Assembly: GCA_965218205.1 (NCBI GenBank)
Contig: OZ244590.1
Coordinates: 915,271-979,270, forward strand
Reading direction: 5' to 3'
From: Spirochaetia bacterium
GTDB lineage: Bacteria > Spirochaetota > Spirochaetia > WTKD01 > G963693115
DNA: 64,000 nucleotides
The notes beneath the pieces were generated by a model. That model searched no databases, was not told where the DNA came from, and saw nothing but the letters and a program-made list of their open reading frames with translations. Position 1 is the first letter of the stretch. Every line of letters begins with the position of its first letter. Below are positions 58,045 to 64,000 of this stretch, piece after piece. Made by a program: the position numbers and the translations under genes.

Positions 58045-58720
58045 AGAACTCTACGAACAAGTAAGAGATGGAAAAATTATTAGTGATATAGATCTACAAA
58101 GAGAAATAGTATATAACATAGAAAAACAAGAATTAGTAATTGATAGCATAGTGAAAGGAATACCATTACCTGCATTTTATTTTTGGGAAAACAATGAGAA
58201 AATATTAGAAGTATTAGATGGAAAACAAAGAATAGAAGCAATAAAAAAATTTTTTCAAAATGATATACAATATCAAGGAAAATTATGGAGACAAGTAGAA
58301 CAAGAAACTCAGAAAAAGATACATGAAACAGAATTGGCTATAATTATATGTACAGGAAATGAAAAACTTAAAAGAGAAATCTTTAAGAGAATTAACACTT
58401 TAGGCGTACCTTTATCAAAATATGAAGTCTTAAATGGATTATATCATGGTGAATATTTAAGAGGACTTTCATCTTTTGTAAGTAATGAAAAATCTGTTAG
58501 AAAAATATTAAAAATAAATAAAAGAGGTAAAAATCAAATTACTATTCTCAAATTGTTAATGCGATTAGATGATAAGAAGCAACAAGATATTGAAGATTAT
58601 GTAAAAGAAAATCAAAATAATTCTTTTGCAGAAGATCAGAAAAAAATAACAAAATATATAAAATTTATAGCAGACATATTTGAAAATGGAAAATTATTAG
58701 ATATATATATTTTGATTTAG
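58034..58720 (+). CDS. DUF262 (ParB-like/GmrSD N-terminal type) domain protein, 5' part of a frameshifted DUF262-HNH nuclease gene
   Basis: 228 aa. DUF262 hallmarks DLQREIVY...IDSIVKGIPLPAFYFW...LDGKQRIEAI. The start overlaps the MTase stop by 11 nt. The ORF ends 8 nt after the (AT)5 tract. Confidence 0.8.
   Translation: MKIKELYEQVRDGKIISDIDLQREIVYNIEKQELVIDSIVKGIPLPAFYFWENNEKILEVLDGKQRIEAIKKFFQNDIQYQGKLWRQVEQETQKKIHETELAIIICTGNEKLKREIFKRINTLGVPLSKYEVLNGLYHGEYLRGLSSFVSNEKSVRKILKINKRGKNQITILKLLMRLDDKKQQDIEDYVKENQNNSFAEDQKKITKYIKFIADIFENGKLLDIYILI
58701..58710. repeat. (AT)5 dinucleotide repeat at the frameshift point of the DUF262-HNH gene
   Basis: Read directly: ...TTAG ATATATATAT TTTGATTTAG.... 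Removing one AT unit fuses the two reading frames. Confidence 0.9.
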
Positions 58721-59121
58721 CTAAAAACTATATTAAAGATAAAGCTATATGGGAAGATAAAAAATCTGAAATCAACAAAAAGATAAAAGAATACCTAAAA
58801 AGTGATACCGCAAAATTAACAGACAAAAGAAAAGAAATTGAAGATATTATCAATGCTATAGTAAACAACATAAGTGTAGATACTAAACGATTATTTTCAC
58901 AAAATGATAAAGAAACGCTTTTAGCAGAAAAAACATCATCAAAAGATAAAAAATATTCTTGTGAAATGTGTAAAAAAGAATTTTATGCAGAAGAGTTACA
59001 AGTAGATCATATAGAAGCATGGAGTATAGGAGGAAGAACAGAGCTATCAAATGCACAACTGTTATGTCAACCTTGCAATAGTAAAAAAAATAATAAAACT
59101 CTTGTGATAAATAAAAATTAG
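58711..59121 (+). pseudogene. 3' part of the DUF262-HNH gene in the -1 frame (HNH endonuclease domain), no own start codon
   Basis: My translation: FDLAKNYIKDKAIWEDKK...KYSCEMCKKEFYAEELQVDHIEAWSIGGRTELSNAQLLCQPCNSKKNNK...*. It shows the classic CxxC...DH...N...CxxCN HNH pattern. The frame is open from 58684. Confidence 0.75.
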
Positions 59122-59144
59122 AGCATTACTACAAATTTAAGTAA

Positions 59145-59165
59145 TAAGTGCGACATAAAAGGCTT
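59145..59165 (+). repeat. right copy of imperfect direct repeat TAAGTGCGACATAAAAGGCTT
   Basis: See 56855-56875. It lies 24 nt after the HNH stop codon. Confidence 0.6.
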
Positions 59166-59263
59166 GATAAAAACAAAAATTTTTAACTTTGTTGGGGCAA
59201 CAATGTATATAATTCCCCTTTTTCACTAGACAAATATGAGTATATTATATACAATCAAATATA

Positions 59264-59653
59264 ATGAGTGAAAACAATATACATGCCAATGCCAGTACAG
59301 AAGAATCCCAAGAAAACGCTGCTCCCTCAGACGCTCTGTCAACAACCGAGTATCGCGAAAAAATGATAGAAGCATTAAAGCAAGTAATTGATCCTGAAAT
59401 ACACATAAATATTGTTGATCTTGGACTAGTGTATAGAGTAGAAATTTCTGAAGACCTAAAGCAAGTTGAAGTTGAGTTTACTCTCACTACTCCCGGTTGT
59501 CCACTTGCCGATGAAATTGAACAAAGCATAAACGATGCTTGTCATACAGTAATGCCTCACGCAGAGGTAACATCGACATTAGTATGGACTCCAATGTGGA
59601 ACGCTGACTTTATGAGCGAAGACGCTCGATTAGAACTGGGCTTTCCCATTTAA
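59264..59653 (+). CDS. DUF59 / SufT-like Fe-S cluster assembly protein
   Basis: 129 aa. DUF59 signature ...LKQVIDPEIHINIVDLGLVY...TLTTPGCPLAD.... First gene of the suf cluster. Confidence 0.8.
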   Translation: MSENNIHANASTEESQENAAPSDALSTTEYREKMIEALKQVIDPEIHINIVDLGLVYRVEISEDLKQVEVEFTLTTPGCPLADEIEQSINDACHTVMPHAEVTSTLVWTPMWNADFMSEDARLELGFPI

Positions 59654-59745
59654 GCATACGGATAAGTACACATTCAAGCGTAGGTACTTGTCGTAAAATT
59701 ATAACAGTAAAAGCTATACAATGAAGCTGATAAAAAGGAGTGTTT

Positions 59746-60492
59746 ATGAAAGTTGATGTAAAAAATTTATCTGTATCAATTGAAGGAAAGAAAATTCTCA
59801 ATGATGTAAGTATGAGTTTTGAAGAAGGACAACTTACTATTGTTATGGGTCCTAACGGGTCAGGAAAATCTACCGTATCAAATGTTATTATGGGGCATCC
59901 CAGTTATGATGTAGACAGTGGCGAAGTTATTGTCGAAGGAGAAAATATCCTTGAGCTAGAACCACACGAAAGGGCACGTAAAGGCATCTTTATGTCTTTT
60001 CAATATCCAGTAGAAATTCCCGGACTCACAGTAGGACGGTTTCTTCGTAGATCGTATGAAGTATTGCATGGTGAAGTACCGAAAAATTTTGTAGCGTTGT
60101 TACGAAAAGAAGTCGAAGAACTAGGACTAAGCCAAGACTTTATCAATAGATATCTCAATGAGGGATTTTCGGGAGGAGAGAAAAAACGTATGGAAGTATT
60201 ACAGCTTAAAATACTAAAACCGCGTTTTGCTATTTTGGATGAAATTGACTCAGGGCTTGACATAGATGCCATACGCATCATTGCAGGAGCAATCAATGAC
60301 ATACGAAGGGAGAACCCTGCATTTTCTCTTATGCTTGTAACCCATTACAGACGTATTGTAGATGAACTTGAAAATTCCAATAAAGTATATGTACTCAGTA
60401 AAGGAAAAATCGTAAGCGTTGGGGAATTGAGCATACTTGATAAACTAGAAGGACAAGGATACCGTTGGTTAGAAGAAGGAGGTGTACAATGA
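59746..60492 (+). CDS. sufC: Fe-S cluster assembly ATPase SufC
   Basis: Start ATG 59746, 5 nt after AAGGAG. Walker [10 protein letters not shown], signature FSGGEKKR, Walker [12 protein letters not shown]. Confidence 0.93.
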   Translation: MKVDVKNLSVSIEGKKILNDVSMSFEEGQLTIVMGPNGSGKSTVSNVIMGHPSYDVDSGEVIVEGENILELEPHERARKGIFMSFQYPVEIPGLTVGRFLRRSYEVLHGEVPKNFVALLRKEVEELGLSQDFINRYLNEGFSGGEKKRMEVLQLKILKPRFAILDEIDSGLDIDAIRIIAGAINDIRRENPAFSLMLVTHYRRIVDELENSNKVYVLSKGKIVSVGELSILDKLEGQGYRWLEEGGVQ

Positions 60493-61913
60493 GTGCAGAA
60501 AATCAAGCACAGATACAAGAAAATACCGAGCATCTTGTAAACGATTATAAATACGGCTTTCACTATGAAGATCATTCTGTATTTAAGACAGCAAAGGGAC
60601 TCAGTCCCGAAGTAGTGCGTGCAATATCTGAACACAAAAAAGAACCGCAATGGATGCTAGAATTTCGTCTGCGTTCATTGGAAGAATTTAATAAAAAAGA
60701 AATGATAGACTGGGGAGCTGATTTATCACAATTAAACTTTGATGATATTTATTACTATGCAAAACCAACACAAGAAAAGTCAAAAACTTGGGAAGATCTG
60801 CCTGCCGAAATTAAAGAGACCTACGATAGAATCGGAGTGCCAGAAGCAGAGAAAAAATTTCTCGCAGGCGTAGGCGCTCAGTACGACTCTGAAATTGTCT
60901 ATAAAAGTCTCTCAAAGGACCTTGAGGAAAAAGGAGTCATTTTTTGTGACCCTGAGACAGCAGTACAGGAGCATACAGAGTTATTGCAAAAGTATTTTGG
61001 TACTATCATTCCATACAATGACAACAAGTTTGCAGCACTTAATTCTGCCGTATGGAGTGGAGGGAGCTTTGTGTACATACCCCCAGGAGTGAAAGTGGAT
61101 ATTCCCCTGCAAGCATACTTTAGAATCAACACCGAAAACTTTGGGCAGTTTGAAAGAACTCTTATTATTGCAGATAAAGATAGCTTTGTACATTATGTAG
61201 AAGGATGTACCGCTCCTGTATATACCACCGATTCTCTGCACAGTGCGGTAGTAGAAATTATTGCACTGCCAGGTGCACGCGTACGATATAGTACCATACA
61301 AAACTGGTCAGGTGATGTGTATAATCTTGTTACAAAAAGAGGCGTAGCGTATGAAAATGCTACAGTAGAATGGGTAGACGGTAACATAGGCAGTCAGCGA
61401 ACCATGAAGTATCCCTCAGTATACTTAAAGGGAGAAGGTGCACATGGAGAAGTGCTTTCTATTGCTTTTGCAGGAAAAGGGCAAGAGCAAGACACTGGAG
61501 GCAAAATAGTGCATGCAGCCAATAATACATCAAGTCGCATTACATCAAAATCTATAAGCAAGGATGGGGGCATAGCTACCTATCGAGGACACATCAAAGT
61601 TGATCCAGAAGTAAAAAATGCAAAAATAAATGTCGTCTGCGATGCCCTGTTGATTGATGGTGACTCTGCCACAAATACATATCCATATATGGATATATTA
61701 AGCCCCCATGTATCAGTAGAACACGAAGCACGAGTAAGTAAAATTAGTGCAGATCAGCTTTTTTATCTTATGAGTCGTGGCTTTGATGAAGATGAAGCAG
61801 CAGCAATGATAGTAAACGGCTTTCTTGATCCGCTTGTAAAAGAACTTCCTATGGAATATGCAGTGGAGCTAAATAGACTTATAGAACTTGAAATGGAAGG
61901 ATCGGTAGGATAA
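60489..61913 (+). CDS. sufB: Fe-S cluster assembly protein SufB
   Basis: 474 aa from ATG 60489, with an ATGA overlap onto the sufC stop. Highly conserved SufB blocks are present (...[23 protein letters not shown]..., ...[21 protein letters not shown]...). Confidence 0.95.
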   Translation: MSAENQAQIQENTEHLVNDYKYGFHYEDHSVFKTAKGLSPEVVRAISEHKKEPQWMLEFRLRSLEEFNKKEMIDWGADLSQLNFDDIYYYAKPTQEKSKTWEDLPAEIKETYDRIGVPEAEKKFLAGVGAQYDSEIVYKSLSKDLEEKGVIFCDPETAVQEHTELLQKYFGTIIPYNDNKFAALNSAVWSGGSFVYIPPGVKVDIPLQAYFRINTENFGQFERTLIIADKDSFVHYVEGCTAPVYTTDSLHSAVVEIIALPGARVRYSTIQNWSGDVYNLVTKRGVAYENATVEWVDGNIGSQRTMKYPSVYLKGEGAHGEVLSIAFAGKGQEQDTGGKIVHAANNTSSRITSKSISKDGGIATYRGHIKVDPEVKNAKINVVCDALLIDGDSATNTYPYMDILSPHVSVEHEARVSKISADQLFYLMSRGFDEDEAAAMIVNGFLDPLVKELPMEYAVELNRLIELEMEGSVG

Positions 61914-63097
61914 TGACAGTAGAAGAACATATAACAAACAGTACCTCACTAAAAGATAAGGCACAGCAACGCTATACTACAAGTGCTTGGCCAACCTTAC
62001 GAGATGAAGAGTGGAGGCGAAGTGACCCCTCTGCTATGCCTGTTGCATTGTTGGAACAATACAAAGATAATACAGACCTCACTGCAAGTATTCAAGAGAA
62101 CATCATGGCTACGATTGCTTCTCATCCCGAAAAAGATATGTTTCAAGTGCAAAGTATAGCTGATCTACACAGTAGCGAAGAAGCCTTGAACGTGATGGGC
62201 ATTGCTTTGGAGCATACACAGGATAAATTTGATCTATGGCGAATGAAGCACTTACAAGCAGGTATACTCATACATGTTCCTGACGGAGTAACGCTAAAAC
62301 ATCCTCTGGACTTTGTTCTGTCAGGAGACACTACAGAAACAATATATGCTCCCTTGTTTATTGTTGTGGTAGGCAAGCACAGTAGTATCAGCACTTCTCT
62401 TGTCATAGAGGGGGACGGAGTATTTTTGCCTGCATATATTAGCTCTGTTAATGCTTATGCAGAATATCATTGCTGTGAATTTCAACGTAGCAGTTTAGAT
62501 TCCATTACTATGGCATCTCATTTTACTGTAGCCCAAGACAATAGCAATGTTCAAAAAACAAGTGTTCAGTTTGGAGGCATGATAGCAAACAGTAAAAGCT
62601 ATGTTCGTATTGAAGGCAGTCGTGCAAATATCAATATGAATGGATGTTATTTTGCAAACCAAGATCAGCTTATTGATATACGAACCTATCAAAGTCATAT
62701 TGCACAAAACTCCTATAGTTGTGTCATATATAATGGGGTTGCGGTGGATGAGTCGCATACTGTATATAGAGGGCTTATTGATGTTGATCATCATGCAGAA
62801 GAAACAGATGCCTATTTGACAAACAAAAATTTATTACTGAGTGAAGATGCACGGATGGACTCTATTCCCTGTCTTAATATCAATACAAATGAAGTTCGGT
62901 GTAGTCATGGATCTACTACTGGATCGCTTAATGAAGATCATATATTTTATTTACAAAGCAGGGGTATGTCACAGCAAGAAGCACAAGATTTACTTGTGGA
63001 ATCTTTTATGGAATCTGTGTTAGACACTACATTTTCTCCTCTTAATGAAAGTATTCTGCAATCTTTAAGTGATAAGATGAATAATACCGATAACTAA
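61913..63097 (+). CDS. sufD: Fe-S cluster assembly protein SufD
   Basis: 394 aa. SufB/D-family C-terminal beta-helix (...EVRCSHGSTTGSLNEDHIFYLQSRGMSQQEA...). ATGA-type overlap with sufB. Confidence 0.88.
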   Translation: MTVEEHITNSTSLKDKAQQRYTTSAWPTLRDEEWRRSDPSAMPVALLEQYKDNTDLTASIQENIMATIASHPEKDMFQVQSIADLHSSEEALNVMGIALEHTQDKFDLWRMKHLQAGILIHVPDGVTLKHPLDFVLSGDTTETIYAPLFIVVVGKHSSISTSLVIEGDGVFLPAYISSVNAYAEYHCCEFQRSSLDSITMASHFTVAQDNSNVQKTSVQFGGMIANSKSYVRIEGSRANINMNGCYFANQDQLIDIRTYQSHIAQNSYSCVIYNGVAVDESHTVYRGLIDVDHHAEETDAYLTNKNLLLSEDARMDSIPCLNINTNEVRCSHGSTTGSLNEDHIFYLQSRGMSQQEAQDLLVESFMESVLDTTFSPLNESILQSLSDKMNNTDN

Positions 63098-63098
63098 T

Positions 63099-63398
63099 AT
63101 GGGATGGGTAAAAGCATGTAACGAAGGTGATTTTAAGTATAGCTATTGTTTTAGACATAGGAGAAAAGAAATCGCCTTATTTAAGTTAGATGACGGTATC
63201 TATGCCACTGATAACTCCTGTACTCATGAATATTCTCCATTATGTGAGGGAGTTATTATGGATGGGAGAGTATACTGTCCTAGTCATGGTTCGCGCTTTG
63301 ATATTAAAACAGGGCAGGTAATTGATTTGCCCGCAACTGTAAACCTTAAAACATACAAGGTAAAAGTAGAAGATGGAGAGATTTTTGTTAAATTGTAG
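63099..63398 (+). CDS. Rieske [2Fe-2S] domain ferredoxin
   Basis: 99 aa with Rieske ligand boxes CTHEYSPL and CPSHGSRF. Confidence 0.85.
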   Translation: MGWVKACNEGDFKYSYCFRHRRKEIALFKLDDGIYATDNSCTHEYSPLCEGVIMDGRVYCPSHGSRFDIKTGQVIDLPATVNLKTYKVKVEDGEIFVKL

Positions 63399-63501
63399 CA
63401 CTATTGTTTGACAATAATTGCTAATATATAGAGAAAATAGCATATTTTGTATAGTAAGTAAGAAAAATAAAGGTATTAGGATAAAAAAAGTAAAAAAAAA
63501 C

Positions 63502-63530
63502 TTGACTTTTTTTGGTTTTATAGCTATATT
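63502..63530 (+). promoter_or_regulatory. predicted sigma-70 promoter TTGACT-17 nt-TATATT upstream of the small Cys-rich ORF
   Basis: The hexamers and spacing were read directly. The promoter is about 55 nt upstream of ATG 63586. Confidence 0.5.
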
Positions 63531-63585
63531 AATAGGTGAAAGGAACTAGCTATTAGTAGGCTAAAAATAAATAAAGGAGGAAAGT

Positions 63586-63705
63586 ATGAATTTATTTACA
63601 GGACTAAAGAGTTTATTCATTCGTAAAGAAATGTCAGATTCACGCGATTGTATGAACTGCAACAGAAATGAACATGCTTGCATGTGTTATTTAGATGATT
63701 ACTAA
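63586..63705 (+). CDS. 39-aa Cys-rich small protein (MNLFTGLKSLFIRKEMSDSRDCMNCNRNEHACMCYLDDY)
   Basis: Not in the ORF track because it is under 60 aa. A strong SD AAAGGAGG lies 6 nt before the ATG. It has its own promoter and an intrinsic terminator directly after the stop. Confidence 0.5.
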   Translation: MNLFTGLKSLFIRKEMSDSRDCMNCNRNEHACMCYLDDY

Positions 63706-63708
63706 AGT

Positions 63709-63742
63709 AAGGAAGTCGGGTATATCCTAGACTTCCTTTTTT
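63709..63742 (+). terminator. rho-independent terminator (9-bp stem AAGGAAGTC/GACTTCCTT, 12-nt loop, T-run)
   Basis: The hairpin at 63709-63717 / 63730-63738 runs into TTTTTT. Confidence 0.7.
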
Positions 63743-63943
63743 ATGTTTCCTTGCTTTTTTTCTCTTTGTTGTATTTAATACTTGAATTTTCAACATAATT
63801 CCAAGTAATGATAATTTGACACGATGCAAGTATATTAGTATACTACTGTAGTAGGGATTGTTCTTAAGGATAGCTGTGCTTTTTTTATTATATAGTGTTC
63901 AGCATATTTCTTAAGTAGATTATAAATATATAAGGAGTTAAAA

Positions 63944-64000
63944 ATGTCTAATCAGCCTTCTAATAATATTACCCCCCCCTCTAAAGAAGAGATAAAGAAA
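63944..64000 (+). CDS. 5' end of an unknown ORF (truncated by window end) containing a C8 tract
   Basis: ATG 63944 lies 7 nt after TAAGGAG. It reads MSNQPSNNITPPSKEEIKK.... The C8 run is at 63972-63979. Confidence 0.35.
   Translation, partial: MSNQPSNNITPPSKEEIKK

Noticed and set aside
53220-59200. Integrase, transposase or a duplicated tRNA 3' end that would define a classical tRNA-linked genomic island.
   Set aside because: No such gene or tRNA-derived repeat could be found by reading both strands. Only the 21-nt direct repeats around the methylase/nuclease cassette are present, so I call it an islet rather than an integrative element.
60465-60488. Longer SufB start (MVRRRRCT..) and the sufC GTG start at 59740.
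   Set aside because: ATG 60489 forms an ATGA overlap with the sufC stop and matches typical SufB N-termini. ATG 59746 is correctly spaced from AAGGAG.
63617-63829. 70-aa minus-strand ORF opposite the small Cys-rich gene.
   Set aside because: It spans the plus-strand terminator hairpin and has no SD. The plus-strand unit has a promoter, SD and terminator.

Overview
AT-rich, spirochaete-type chromosomal segment with five blocks. (1) nt 1-27280 is one co-directional flagellar/motility superoperon of about 27 kb in the Borrelia/Treponema gene order: flgB'-flgC-fliE-fliF-fliG-fliH-fliI-fliJ-FlbB-like-fliK-flgD-flgE-flbD-motA-motB-fliL-fliM-fliN/Y-fliO/Z-fliP-fliQ-fliR-flhB-flhA-flhF-flhG-x-fliA-FapA-like-x-x. 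This block is ordinary apart from a few start-codon issues. (2) nt 27270-44702 is an accessory block. It holds an orphan HTH-fused N6-adenine DNA methyltransferase, divergent from four tandem paralogous lipoprotein genes. Each lipoprotein is built from FN3-like 121-aa units (3, 15, 4 and 6 copies), an Ig-like unit and DUF285-type 25-aa repeats. The paralogs have duplicated promoter modules carrying T13/T13/T9 tracts, an upstream palindrome, conserved 12-bp inverted-repeat modules after the stops, and visible recombination scars. (3) nt 44723-53274 is housekeeping: class B PBP, LysM/M23 peptidase, rnhB, smc and two secreted or lipoprotein unknowns. (4) nt 53220-59165 is a small defence-like islet centred on tRNA-Asn(GTT). 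It contains a patatin-like gene with degenerate catalytic motifs and no canonical start, and a KAP-family transmembrane P-loop NTPase (Tmn-like). It also contains a 2.3-kb cassette bounded by imperfect direct repeats that encodes an EcoRI-family adenine methyltransferase translationally coupled to a DUF262 + HNH nuclease. That nuclease is split by a frameshift at an (AT)5 repeat. (5) nt 59264-63398 is a suf Fe-S operon (DUF59/SufT-like, sufC, sufB, sufD, Rieske). It is followed by a well-signalled 39-aa Cys-rich small ORF and a truncated ORF with a C8 tract near its start. No rRNA, CRISPR array, transposase or integrase was seen. My best candidates for something new are the recombining FN3/DUF285 lipoprotein locus with homopolymer-bearing promoters, and the repeat-bounded, possibly phase-variable methyltransferase/DUF262-HNH cassette beside tRNA-Asn.
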